DNA of 64,000 nucleotides from Eledone cirrhosa (lineage: Eukaryota). The translations under genes and the position numbers were made by a program. The first letter of the stretch is position 1. The number at the start of each line of letters is the position of its first letter. Shown here one piece after another: positions 42,768 to 58,300 of this stretch. The stretch is taken from assembly GCA_964016885.1 (NCBI GenBank), contig OZ024740.1, forward strand, positions 97,340,001 to 97,404,000, in the 5' to 3' direction. Below the pieces are notes generated by a model. That model was not told the DNA's origin. It ran no database searches and worked only from the letters and a program-made list of their open reading frames with translations.

Positions 42768-43811
42768 ATGAAAATTCGAACAATTCCAAAATGGAACAAA
42801 TCCCTCAGAGACAGAAAGTTTTTATTCTGGAAGATGATACAAAATCACAACAAAGCGGAGATATATGAAAAATGGCTTAACTCAACCCCTCTAACTCTCC
42901 CCCGTAAACTACAAATAAAGTCCTTTCCAAATGAATCCGAACCTCAAAGACACCTTAGGGAAAGAATGGCATTGGAAAAAATGAAGACAAAAATTGAACT
43001 TCTTAAACTGAGGGCCCAGACAAATGAGGAAAAAATCAAAACCATCGATGAAGAGATCCTCCTGGAAATCAACAATAAAACTGAAGGCCCCAAGGTAGAG
43101 AAGATCTCCAAATTATGGAAAGGGGACTGCAACAGAGAAGAACTGAAATCCCTTCAACGCTGGGAAAAAAGTTCCGCTTGGTTCCTACACTATGAATCGA
43201 CTTTTCAAACGGATTACCCCTCCAATAACCCGTTCATAAAAATAGGAAAACCCTTAACTGAACAGCACAACAACTTCTCAAACCCCCAAGCCACTAACAA
43301 ACGAAGAAGGAAGCACCACACCGAAGATGAACTTTCCAATCTCGCTACCATAAGAAGGAACAAAAACCCAAGAAATCATCTCCCCCAGAATGACATTTGC
43401 AACGTTTCCCCTTCAAGGAAACAGCATACCAAATCACTCAACTACTACGCGGATGCCTCATCGTCAAACATAGGGAAAAGATACCACCACCATGATAGAT
43501 CTAACAACTTCCCCGCTTTAAGGGGACAGCAAGGTAATTACCATTTTCTCAACTCTCGCTTCCACAATACACAACAAACCCACACCACACGATACAACCA
43601 ACAACGTAGGCCACTTATAACACCACAATACAACATGGCACATAGAAACACACACCCATACTCGCAGTACAGGAACACCCCATTCAGTCTACAACCACCA
43701 ACCTGAACCACATTTTACAACAACAAGGAATATAACAAACACAGGAGACCACTTAACATCAGCAGACAACCCCTCTACCCCAACCATTTTTTAGACACAG
43801 CACACATATAG
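42768..43811 (+). pseudogene. ORF1 of family B (premature TGA at 43704; frame continues to TAG at 43809-43811)
   Basis: W..L..RK..FW, LP.K, LW..D...EE.KS...W motifs shared with family A ORF1. Confidence 0.8.
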
Positions 43812-43857
43812 GCAAACAAAATAACACAAGACAGGGAGGAGAAACCGATAGTAATAA

Positions 43858-46073
43858 AAATTATCAATCTTACTAGTGCAGAACCAACACCCAACCTTAT
43901 CAACTTACTCTCCAAAGCTCTTAAATTCACACCGACCCCACTACGTCCTAACTACTATGAAATGAAGGAAGACATCACAGACTTCTGTAGAAAGTTACGA
44001 CTTAGTGAACAACTATTCGACCAGTACAATGAGGATGAATAATTAGCCAGAAATAGAAGCAATTACACCCCTTCAAAAAGTAGAAATAAAATCCTGGACG
44101 AATTCTGTGAACACATCACAAACTTCCCTTACCAACACTTGCACAGACAAAAACACAAGCCAAACCTCAACAAGAAAGAATGGGAAGAATTAAATAGATT
44201 AAAAACCGACAGAACCATTACAATTAAAGAGGCTGATAAAGGGAGTACAGTAGTCCTAATGGTGACAGAATTCTATATCAACTTAACGCTCTCCACTTTG
44301 GAAAACGAAACATACTACAAAAAGGCTGACACTACAATCAACAGAAAATTATGAGAAACCTAAAACCTCTAATCAACCAATACAAAGAAGGACTAACAAA
44401 GAATTCACCTTCATCACAGACTTCACAAGTAAATCCAGCCTTTTCTACGGTATCCCTAAAGTACATAAAAGCGAATTAATAAGTAAGGCATGCAAGGAAG
44501 CCACAGACATAGTCATCAATGTCCCCTCACCCAATGATCTCAAATTAAGACCTATAATAGCAGGCCCCGCTTCATTGATACCCTTCTCAAGCCCTTTCTC
44601 AAACACATCAAAAGCTATATAAGGGACGACCTAGATATGCTCAATCACCTCCCTAATATGCCACTTTCTGAACAAACCCTACTAGTGACGTTCGATGTAG
44701 TCAACCTATACTCCAACATCCCCCACAACCTAGGAATAGAAGCTATCTAATTCTGGCTGGATAATTACCACAATGAACTCCCACAACGCATCAAAAAAGA
44801 ATTCGTGATAGAGGGACTCAAATTTATCTTGGAGAACAATTACTTCGTTTTCAATAACAAACCCTACAGGCAGAAATCTGGGACCGCTATGGGAACGAAA
44901 ACAGCCCCACTTATGCCAACCTAGTCATGGGACACCTGGAAATCACCCTCTACACTAAAGACCTAAACAAATTTGGAAACACTCTCCACTTACACATAGA
45001 AAGGAACTGGAAGCGATATCTAGATGACTGTTTCATCCTTTGGCACGAAAACATCGAAAAACTTAAAGAATTTCACACCCTTATAAATGGGCTCAACACG
45101 AATATTAACTTCACGATGGAATACAGCCATCAACAACTCCCCTTCCTCGACATCCTCATTAAGATCCATAACAAAAAAATAAAAACAGACATATACTACA
45201 AGCCCACAGACTCCAAGCAATATCTTCCTTTCAACTCTTGCCACCTTAGACACGTTAAAATTAATATTCCCTACAACTTAGCCAAGAGAATCTGTACTAT
45301 AGTCTCCAATAAAAACACCTGCTACTTACGGCTACAAGAACTAAAGGACACACTCATAGGCAGGGACTACCCTGCATCACTAATTGACAATGGAATCCAA
45401 CGTGCCCTAAAACTCAGTACCCAGGACCTTAGACACCCTAAAGTAAATCAACCAAAACTAAAAGCTCTTCCATACATCTCCACACACAACCCCTTCAACA
45501 ATGAGGCCTTTGAAACTATCCTCCAGAACATCCCTGTGTTGAAAAAGGACCATAGAATGAACCAAGTCCTACGAACACACGATATCATAAAGAGCAAAAG
45601 ACAATCCAAGTCAATGAAAAACATCCTAACACATGCCAAAGTACTGCCAACCACAACAACGAAACCAAGATTAAAAGAATGCGATAGACCCAACTGTGGC
45701 ATTTGCATCAACCTAATAGAGGGTTCGGAATTCTATTTCAAAGAAGGACAACGTTTTATAGTAAAACACAATTTCACATGTGCATCGGAAAATCTAATAT
45801 TAACTTGTTCCGGTTGTCGAGAACAATACATAGGCCAGACCAAAACACAGCCTCCGCCAACGCATGACTGTCCATAGATCCCAAATTAAAATACGGGAAT
45901 ACAGGAAAATACCACTGAGTGAACACATTGATACCTGTGCCGCCCAAAATCATCCCAACTTCAGAATCTTTCCCCTCTACAAATTTAAAGATAATGCCAC
46001 CCACACCCAGCGCATCAGCAAGGAATCTTACTTTATTAACAAATACGGACCCCGTCTAAACACTTCTCCCTAA
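43858..46073 (+). pseudogene. RT-GIY-YIG ORF2 of family B, multiple lesions
   Basis: KIINLT..LSKALKFTPTP..FCRKLRL, EADKG, GTAMG, RYLDD, CDRPNCGIC, YIG, PRLN. Confidence 0.92.
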
Positions 46074-46386
46074 GACGAACCCACAACATACACACGTCAA
46101 CATACATACCTACATCAGCACACATCTCTACCCACATATAAACACAATGATATACGTAAACGCACATGCTCTATGGTGCAACACAAATAAATATATGTGT
46201 ATATATAAATATATATATATATATATAGTGAATATATGTATATATATATATAGTGAATATCATTTCACACCTTTTATTGTTAAGATTTTTGATGTTCTAT
46301 TAAGAGAACCGATTTTACTGAAAATATCGAATAATGTACACCATTTTACCAGGGGGAAAAAATACTGGTCCACCCACACACACATT

Positions 46387-46452
<66 letters not shown>

Positions 46453-46628
46453 CCCACACACACATACACACGCGTACATTAACATACAAAGAGACTTATA
46501 CACACACACACACACACACTTCTCCGTATAAGACAAAAGCTGAAAAATATCTTTGACATGCTAAAATACCCCCCACGACTTACAGACACATTCCTACTGA
46601 CCATCCCGCTACCACGAATTACTCTGCT

Positions 46629-46722
<94 letters not shown>

Positions 46723-46817
46723 TTATCTTAATAGCCATTTGAACTGTCAACAGGCTGCGGTTCGCACACACATCGCTGCTAACCATTATCACAACATCGA
46801 ACACTTTACTACTACTA

Positions 46818-46865
<48 letters not shown>

Positions 46866-47497
46866 TTGTTGTGAAAGAGTCATTTCTCAGTCTTGGCGCA
46901 AAAACAATTTTTTACATTCACATGACCTGTACCGACCAATCAAAATTGTTTTGACCACAAGAATTTTTGCAACACCATGTAGGGATGGAGCCACTTTTTT
47001 AACATAAAAACAGTCTTGGCGCAAAATCAATTTTTTACATTCACATGACCTCTACCGACCAATCAAAATTGTTTTGACCACAAGAATTTTTGCAACACCA
47101 AAGTAGCGCTGGAGCCACTTTTTTAAAATAAAAACAGGTTGAATTCCCAAAACTAATCAGATCAGAGCAAACAATACGGACACTCTATCTCAAAATTATT
47201 TTTGAAAAGCATTTAGAAATGCGCAACCGGTAAAGCTTAAAAATTTAAAACCGCAACTGAATACTAACCCATACAATTACTAATACTCTTTTATTGCTAA
47301 TTAAACTATTTTTCAACTGTGAATAATTTGTCAGCATTTTCTATTCCGTTTACCAATATATAATAACTTGTGTGTTACACCTCTATTCTTTTAACTATAT
47401 ATTTATATATGTATATATATTTATATATATATATATTATATATATATATATATTATATATATATATTATATATATTATATATATATATTATATATAT

Positions 47498-47531
<34 letters not shown>

Positions 47532-47532
47532 A

Positions 47533-47573
<41 letters not shown>

Positions 47574-47694
47574 TACATATATTATATAAATATATATATA
47601 TATATATATGATATATATATATATTATATATATTATATATATATATTATATATATATATATATTATATATATTATATATATATATATATTATAT

Positions 47695-48072
47695 TCAGAC
47701 TGAATAAAAAATGGCGTAGGCATACAACACAACAGGAGGAACAATGAATATAACACCACTGACGATGTTGCAGATGTGCAACGAAAGATTTATGTAAATT
47801 ATGTAAACTATATATATATATATGTGTTTGTGTCTATATTGTATCTGTATTATTTTTGTCCGCCGGTCAGTCAATAGCAACATTGAGGACCGAGTAAGTT
47901 AGATCGCAGATATAATAAAAGACAGCGAGAAGCGAAAACCAACCAAACAGTGAGTGTGTTCTGTTATTAATTCTGGCAATATTACGAAAATATGACCCTC
48001 CCCAAGTATAACAATATCTGTTTCGACACACGATTTCATATAAAAAAACCTCGCAAAACGAATTCATCGCCG

Positions 48073-48075
<3 letters not shown>
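47695..48075 (+). mobile_element. Solo pLTR with probable HHR at 47753-47803 (fragments at 23282-23330, 49005-49112)
   Basis: CTGACGA-t-gttgca..tgcaac-GAAA-gatt-TA; weak stem I. Confidence 0.55.
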
Positions 48076-48112
<37 letters not shown>

Positions 48113-48857
48113 GTTATCACATACATAAAATTAAATTAAATTAAATCAAGGATACATATATGTGTTGCAGCTGTTCACTTTTAAGCTCAATGAAGAATTA
48201 ATAAATTAAAATCAAAAATTCAGAGCATTATATCATAACTCATGTCTATAGAATTAATCAGATATTAAAATATATACTATTTCTTCTTCTAATCAGCATA
48301 ATTAACCATATACATAATCAAATCTAGCAAGCTTTAAGAATAAATTTTCTAACGGGGAAATCTCCGACAAATAACTGACCGCAGCTAGTTCGCGTTAACT
48401 CCGTTCACCATTTATCAAACACTTCGGCAGCATGCAGAATCCGATCAAATACACCGTCAACCGCACGTAATTAGTAGTAAAATTAAACTTAGAAGAAATG
48501 CGCACATACCGTAATTATATCTCTACCATGGTTTCTAGTTTAGGACATCCAAATAATATGGATATGCTTTGAGTCAGGAATCATCAGGAGACAAACTCAG
48601 AAATAGACATTTAATTTCTCAGACAGACCGCGCCAAATTTAGATTCAAAAATGGCTAAGATCGCTATGTAGCTGTGTACCAGCCAGAGAGAAAGCGTGTG
48701 ATTGGTCGCTTACGGCGGGTAGGCATGCTGCTAGAAAGCGCAGCCATATATCGCCAAATTTAATCTCAACCGAAAGGGAGATTATTAAATATATATATAC
48801 ATATTATATATATATATATTATATATATATATATATATATATCATATATATATATAT

Positions 48858-48891
<34 letters not shown>

Positions 48892-48976
48892 ATTATATAT
48901 ATATATATTATATATATATATATATTATATATATATATATATTATATATATATATATATTATATATATATATATAT

Positions 48977-49007
<31 letters not shown>

Positions 49008-49189
49008 GTTTTTGAATTTGTTTAGCAAGATTCTTTATCTGAAATCGTGTGTTGAAACCGATATTGTTATACTTTGGGAGGGTCATGTTGCCAATAAGAA
49101 ACACACGCACCAGTTATATATTTATATATTATATATATATATATATATAATATATATATATATATTATATATATTATATATATATGTAT

Positions 49190-49281
<92 letters not shown>

Positions 49282-52200
49282 CCAGTGGGTGTAACTAGGA
49301 GTTACTGCAGGTTCACCCGGGTGAGCACTCGATGTTTAGGTTCACTTCTGTGATGATGTGTAGAGCTATACAGAGTCTAAAATATAGAAAGGATAAAAAG
49401 GACGATTGATTATTCCTTCATTGCATTTATTGATAGGTGACGCGCGTTTCGCCACTGATCAGCTCAAGGTTGGATCTATATCGATCCTACCCGACTCAAT
49501 AATCGCCAGCTCGACGGACCCTCTTAAAATGCTATAAGAAAATGAAATACATGCTATGTGGTAAAGTCAGAGTTTCAAGAGTTTGACAAAATGTGTTGTT
49601 TTGATTGGTGAGAAGGATCAAGGCGATGTACTGGCCTGTAGTTTATATGGGGGTGGGTGTGATGGTGAGATGTTGGTGACGGTCTGTGGATGAGGTGGGC
49701 TGTGGTGTGGTGGCGGTGGTGGGTTGGCCTTAGCGTGTAGAATATGTGGGGTGGATGTGATGATATGGTGGTTGTGAAGGTTATTTAGTGGGATGGGCTG
49801 TGGTATGAGGTTAGTGGATTGTCAGTAGACGGGTTGGCGTGTGGGTGGGGGTGTGGTAGTGGTGCCTTTGTGTATGGTAGCGGCGTTGGTGGTGGTGTGG
49901 TGGATGTATTGGTGGCGTCAGGTCCTTACATAGATACATAGTTAGACACTCTTCGTCTGACAGATACCTTGTATATACGTATATGTACACACATATATAT
50001 ATATATGTGCACATATATTGTTGTATAAACACACACAACATAAAACACATACGCACATCCCTGCTCACACATATTGGCATACGCTCACACACAGCCATAT
50101 GTATATGTACACATGTATGTGCATGCGCGCATGAGGACACGAATATGGAGAGTGAGATAGTATCGGTGGGGGTGGCGAACGACAGAGATGGGGGGAAGGT
50201 GAGAGGCGATGTAGAAGGTGTTTTACATATATACATACACATACATAAACATACATATATACACACACATACACATATGCATACACATATATACAGACAC
50301 TATTGTTGGTTGGGGAGTGGAGGTATGTGTTGTCAGTGTTGATGAAGTGTGGAGTTGTGTTTTGTGGTGGTGGTGGTGGAGTTGTGAGGGACAAAAATAT
50401 ATATACCGGATCGAATACCGGTTAAAAGGTGACATAGGGAACGGGGTGAAAAGCGTTTATGGACGTACGGCGATGTGTGTTGTGGACATGGTGATGGTGG
50501 TGGTGCTGGGGTGATATGTTCGGCAAGTTGATTACATGATCAGAGGTTAAGGTGTGTTACATGGTAGGCAGACGGGGGGTGGGGGATATATAATACAGTT
50601 GATTTGGGAGCGAGGGATGATATGTGTTGATGATGTAATGATAATGATTGTTGAAGTATGTGGATGTATTTAGTGGTGGCGGTGGTTGTGTGTGCGTGCG
50701 ACAGTACAGTTACAGGGTCGAATTTAACGTGATGGTTGTAAGTTAGGGTAGATAGAGGGAACATGGGGGGATGAGGTTGTAGGCGTGTATGGTATGCACA
50801 TGACGATGTGTGGTGTGGTGGTGTTGGCGATGGTGTGATATGATCGACATTGTATTTACACGGTCCCTTGTCATTGTGGATTGCAAGGTAGAACGTATCA
50901 TATGGTACCGATTTAATATGATGTTGCAACTATGAGGTGTGTATGTTGATGTGAATTTTGGTGGTGGTGATGGTGATGTGTGCGGCATGATATACAAATG
51001 GGGGCTTAGAGATGGTAACATGGAGTACAATACAATAAGTTCATTGAGGTGGGCGATGTTGAGACGGGGTATAGGTGGTTATTAATATGGTGTGTCATGG
51101 TTAGTGTGATTTTTGGTGTGGGTTATGTATGCGGCATGATATACAAAATACGGGCTTACATATGGTTAAATTCAATGCAATGAAATAAGATAAAGTGAAG
51201 TTAGATTAGAATTAAAGTTCGTTGAGATGGGCGATGGTGATACGGGGCAGGTGTGGTTATTATTATGGTGGGTCATGGTTATTGCGTGGTCTTCCCGCGA
51301 AAGTTTGTGCAGAAAAGGTGTTCATCCTAGTGTGTCTGCAATTGACAATTATGTCCGACCTATATTTTATGGCGGAATCAAGTTTAATTATTTCCGCCGC
51401 CTCAGCTAGGCACAATCTGCAGTGGTTTCTGTCACTGGGGATGTATGCCACACGTCTTTTTACTGAGCACGAGATCCGGGGTTCAATATTCCTGGCCTTG
51501 AGGTCCCAGATCAGATCGGCCAGTTTTGTTTGGGGTCGTTTCGATCTATGTTTGAAGGAGCTTCTGTGGTTATACCAGCGCTCCTTAAACGTAGTGGATG
51601 TCGCACCTATATATGAGTACTCCTTATTGCCGGCAGTGACATCGCACCGGTAAACAATATTCTAAACGAGGCACTCCCCGTTTAGTGGGCATTCGTCTCG
51701 TTTTTTGCAGTTGCATTTGGGAGTAACCGGTGCGGTGCAACGTTGGCGGTTGGTGTCGTGCGGTGTTGGTGTGGTGTGTGTGTTGTTGTGTTGTGTTGTG
51801 TGTGCGGTTTCGTTCTGGGTTGTGGTGGTGGTTTGTTGGGGGGAAACCATGTGTTTTGTATTTTTGCCCTATTATTGTGAGCTATTGTGTGGCCTAGGTT
51901 TGGTGCTGTGGAGAAAGAGAATTTTACGTTGTGTTTATTGAAGAGCTTGTGGTATTTATGTGTGTGTGTGAAAAAGATTGTTCGAGGGCCCTGAAAAAGG
52001 TTCCCCTTATGTTAGTGGCGACGTGTATAGAATAGGGGAGGTTATACCACGTGATAAGTCTACTTCGGTTTATGCGTTGTTTAGTGAGGTTGTGTGTGTT
52101 TTTGGTCAGGCGTGTGTTTCAAATAGGTTCCAGGTATTCTATTGGCGTTATGTTCCTTGTCTCTATTGGTACGCAAACGTGTGCGATAGTCGGAGTTGTT

Positions 52201-52779
52201 ATTGGGGCTGGAGAGTATGGCTTTATCTCCTAGACAGTTATGTGTGGTGCTGTCTGCGCTGCCGGCTAGGGGCCGTCTAAGGTTATTGTGTGTCCTATGT
52301 GTGGAGGTTTCTTCTAAGTTCCTTTCTAAGGGTCCTGCTATGTTTAGCTGTATTGCGGTTCTATTAGGGTTGATGTAAGAAATCTTCTCAGTATAACCAG
52401 CGTTTTCAACACCGACAACACATACCTCCACTCCCCAACCAACAATAGTGTGTGTGTCTCTGTGTAAGTATTTTACTCATACGGGCGTTTTAAGTGTGCG
52501 TGCGTGTACGCAAATTTATGTGTATGTGTGTGTGTGTGTATGTGAACACATGTGTATATATATGTCTATGTGTGTGTATATATATATCTGTATATATGTA
52601 TGTGTATGTGTATGCATATGTGTATGTGTGTGTATATATGTATGTGTATGTATGTGTGTGTATGTGTACGTCTACATATATGTATATGGGTAAATCTGAC
52701 TGTATGTGTAGGTGAGCTCATATATGTGCATGTATGTGTATATGTGCGTGTATGTGTGTGTTGTCGGTACATGTGTGTG

Positions 52780-52814
<35 letters not shown>

Positions 52815-53962
52815 GTATATATATATGTGTGTGAGTATACGTGTGTGCGAGTGTGTATGTGTATATCTTGCATACATGAGTGTGAGTCCATGTGACCATA
52901 CCCATGTGTATGTATGTGTATGTATATATGTAAAACACCTTCTACATCGCCTCTCACCTTCCCCCCATCTCTGTCGTTCGCCACCCCCACCGATACTATC
53001 CCACTCTCCATATTCGTGTCCTCATGCGCGCATGCACATACATGTGTGTACATATACATATGGCTGTGTGTGAGCGTATGCCGATATGTGTGGGCAGAGA
53101 TGTGCGTATGTGTTTTATGTTGTGTGTGTTTATACAACAATATATGTGCAATGGATTGGCAGTATCGGTAGAGGGACGGACGCCATGCTTTCCAGCATAG
53201 TTACGTCCCTTTACGATCTGAGTTCAAATCCCGCCGAGGTTGACTTTGCCTTTCATCCTTACGGGGTCGATAAAATAAAGTACCAGTAATGAACTGGATA
53301 ATTGCTGGTCTTGTGCCTAAAGTAGAAACAAATAATTGTGCACATATATACATATATGTGTGTACGTATACGTATATACAAGGTATCTGTCAGACGAAGA
53401 GCATCTAACTATGTATCTATGTAAGGACCTGACGCCACCAATACATCCACCACACCACCACTAACGCCGCTACCATAGACAAAGGCACCACTACCACACC
53501 CCCACCCACACGCCAACCCGTCTACTGACAATCCACTAACCTCATACCACAGCTCATCCCACTAATTAACCTTCACAACCACCATATCATCACATCCACC
53601 CCCACATACTCTACACACCAAGGCCAACCCACCCTCACTACCACACCACAGCCCACCTCATCCACAGACCGTCACCAACATCTCACCATCACACCCACCC
53701 CCATATACACTACAGGCCAGTACATCGCCTTGATCCTTCTCACCAATCAAAACAACTCATTGTGTTAAACTCTTGAAACTCTGACTTTACCACATAGCAT
53801 GTATTTCATTTTCTTATAGCATTTTAAGAGGGTCCGTCGAGCTGCTGATTATTGAGTCGGGTAGCATCGATATAGATCCAACCTTGAGCTGATCAGTGGC
53901 GAAACGCGCGTCACCTATCAATAAATGCAATGAAGGAATAATCACTCGTCCTTCTTATCCTT
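49282..53962 (-). mobile_element. 5'-truncated Naiad with a long inverted pLTR
   Basis: Minus-strand endonuclease region 51263-52410 (CNCKKRDECPLNGECL, IVY/YIG, CRLC, CRH); ~52900-53962 is an inverted copy of 49386-50250. Confidence 0.9.
53151..53336 (+). mobile_element. tRNA-derived SINE with a 6-bp target site duplication
   Basis: A/B boxes; TGTGCA at 53145-53150 and 53337-53342; absent from the other inverted arm (~50005). Confidence 0.9.
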
Positions 53963-53984
53963 TATATATATATTATATATATAA

Positions 53985-54119
<135 letters not shown>

Positions 54120-54306
54120 AACAAGTAAGACCCCGACGGCTGATCTCAAGCCGTCTCGACGGCTAATTCAGTCCAGAATTAGCCGTCGAAACGGCTTGAG
54201 CTCAGCCGTCGGGGTCTTACTTGTTCCTATTACCCACTATACTGCCCTAAGTATTGAGTACTTTGGTGCGTTATGGTCCACCTGTTTCCTTACCACATTT
54301 CCTTCG

Positions 54307-55376
<1,070 letters not shown>

Positions 55377-58300
55377 TAAGATCAAAAGATGGTTAAAAGA
55401 GTTTCATGTATTTTGTTATGCGCATTTCAAAAACAAATATCATCATGCAATAACCTTTGTGTTTTCATCAGATAAAATAGGAAGACGTGATATGAAGGTT
55501 AAAAAACACTTGTGAATAGTGCAGTTTTCAATCAACATATGAAAAGTAGTTTTAGATTGATTAGTGATTTATGGAAAAAAAATGTTAGGGGGGGGGATGG
55601 AAACGATGAAAAAGAGGAGGAAATGAGAGTAAGAAGTGGAGGGGGAGGAGTATAATGAGGAAGGATGAGATAGGAGGAGAGATGGGTGATAGAGAGAGAG
55701 ATAGGTTTTATAACTGAGAAAAATATATTGTTTTACATAGAGAGGTTGAAAAACCGTTGGAAGATAATATATAAATTAAAAGAATTTGAAAATTAACGGA
55801 GAGAAAAAATAATGTTAAGTTAAGGTTTGTATATTGAAGGGTTTAATAATATGAGCGATGAAAAGAAATTGTTAATATGTATTAATAATAATATTTAAGG
55901 GTTTAATAATATGTGCGATGGAAAGAAAATGTTGATATGTATTATTTAAAATATAGCAATAGTAATGTAAGTAAGGATATATTGTGAAGGAAGTAGAAGA
56001 TAGGATGAATAAGTTAGATAAGCATGAAAGGGAGAAAAAAATAATGAATTGAGGATGAATAATCTAACGTCAAAAAAAATGTTTATGTTTACGAAGGATT
56101 TTTTCAAGGTGATATAAAGTAAGAATATATTGTACTGTGTAATAATTGTTTCTATGTTAGGTACAACGAGAAAAGGTACAGATTAGGGGTTAGAAATTAA
56201 AAGAAAAAGAAAAGGGAAAGGAAGAAAGGGAAGTGATAAATAGGAGTGATATAGAATGAGTAACTAGTATTATATAATGTATAATAAATAACTTTGAAAT
56301 AAGGTAGAAAGATGGGTATATTTTTAAAGAAGTATATATATATATATGTGCCTTTGAGAAAAGGATTTTAAATTGATAAAGTATTAGATATTAGCTGTAT
56401 ACTTTATGAAATGTTCTGTGGAATTTATGCAAGCAGAGAGAAAACAAGTCAGTGCGTCTACTTATTATAGAATCTAAATTAGATATAATGGTAAATTTTT
56501 CATTTAAACAGAGATTGCAAGTCTTGGATAGAGAACTGTTCAAGAAGCAGAAGAAACCTTTTTCCAAGAGATGTTATATTTAATATTTTTGTCTTTCAAG
56601 GACCATATGAGTTCTGAGAGTGCCGTGTTGGTTCTTTTAAGTTGGTATTTAAAAGACGAATGATGATTATAAAGACGAGCTTTAAAGGAGGTGGAAGTGG
56701 AGCTAAAATAGGTGAAGCAATTGGTGTCAGTTATAACTTTACATTCGTAGATTAAGTTTTTTTCAACACAATGGTTGTTGCGAGGACATTTATTTTTAAC
56801 AGGGCAATTGCAATTGCGATTAGAGAGATTAGCAGAGTTATTAACGAGTGACCTAATGTTATCTATAGGAGGAATTGGATTGGAGAAGTTATTTACGATA
56901 GGAATAATAGTTTCTTGATTTAGAATGGGATTAAGACCATTTAGCGAAATTGTGTTTGACGTTGTATTTGGGTTTGCAGAGATTAGCCTAGAGTTTACAA
57001 TGTCGTCGGGAGTATTATTACTATTATTATTATATTCAGTGTTGGAAGGAAGAGATTTAGTATTTAGTATTTTATTGTTGTGTTTAGAGATAATGTTGGA
57101 AATGCTGGAGGAGGTCGAATAGGAAAATGTTATAGTGTGTTTGTTAAATATTTTACAATAGATATGTGAGGGAGGGAAGCATTTATTTAAGGCACTAAAG
57201 AATAATTTAGGAATATTATTATTAATAGAGATGGAGAAAGGAGCATTATACCAGATTATGTTTTTGTATCTAGGTCTTTTATTAAAGTTATTGGAATGAT
57301 CATGATTAATTATTCTACTGTAAGATCTTCTAGAATTTTTTTCTTGACTATATTTGATTTTATCAGGATAGCCGGCTTTAGAAAGCGCGTTATTATAGTA
57401 ATTAGCGTTAGCATCAAAGATGTTTTTATTAGAAGATAGGTTAGATATTATTTTTCCAATATTACTAACTATAGCATTCTTAATATTAGTGGGGTGGTCA
57501 GATTTAAAATTAACATAATTTAGGTTCTTATTGTTTTTATGGTAGGGCAATATAGGCCAGTGTCAAGATTAAGAGATACATCCAAGAAATTAGCTAGTTT
57601 GATGCTGTTATCAAATTAAATTTTTAAGTTATGTTGGTTAAAGAGATTACGTATATTGTTCTTAATAATATTAAGGTTAACTATGTTGCAATTTAAGATA
57701 GTAAAGAGTCCATTGTCACGATAAATTCCACCGCGAAATTGAGGAATTTTCCGACTCAAAGAGTTCAAAATAAAGATACCAATTAAATCTGTCAATTGGG
57801 ATGAATCGGATGTTCCCATTGTGATGTCGAAGTTGTTAGAGGTATCAGCTCTGGTCCAATATTCATTGTTGAATCCTAGGATGGTTTTACGTTCGGTGAG
57901 AATGATGTGAAGTTCATCTGTGGTGATGTCAGAATATTTAAATGCGAAAGATAGAGCATTGTTGAGAAGTAAAGGCGAAATAGAAGAATAGTAGCTGGCA
58001 ATATCACATTGAACAAATTTTAGTTTGTTTTTATTATTCAATTTGTTGAACCAGCCAATCACTTCAGAAGTACCAAACCATAAATTTAAGTTCAAAGAAG
58101 AGCAATTAGAACGAACCTGTGGGAAAATTCTATTCAATATGGCTTTGCTAACAACCCCCAGATCAGATTTAGAGGGTGCGATTAACAGGTAGTTCAGTCG
58201 AAAATTGTTTTTGTGATCCTTGAGATTTATCCTCGGAGTTCTTGGGAGGAATGGTTCGGTCTTTTTTCCGATGCCAAGTTTTGACATAATCTCAGAAGCT

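Larger units (their letters stand above)
42686..47397 (+). mobile_element. Two-ORF Neptune-like PLE family B, 5'-truncated with an inverted pLTR tip
   Basis: 42686-42750 is the reverse complement of ~47290-47357; ORF1 and RT-EN remnants; (CA)n-rich 3' UTR with a ~121-bp internal duplication; flanked by (TA)n. Confidence 0.92.

Noticed and set aside
43704-43706. TGA in family B ORF1 as a readthrough or Sec codon
   Set aside because: Most simply a CGA-to-TGA CpG decay in a copy with many other lesions.
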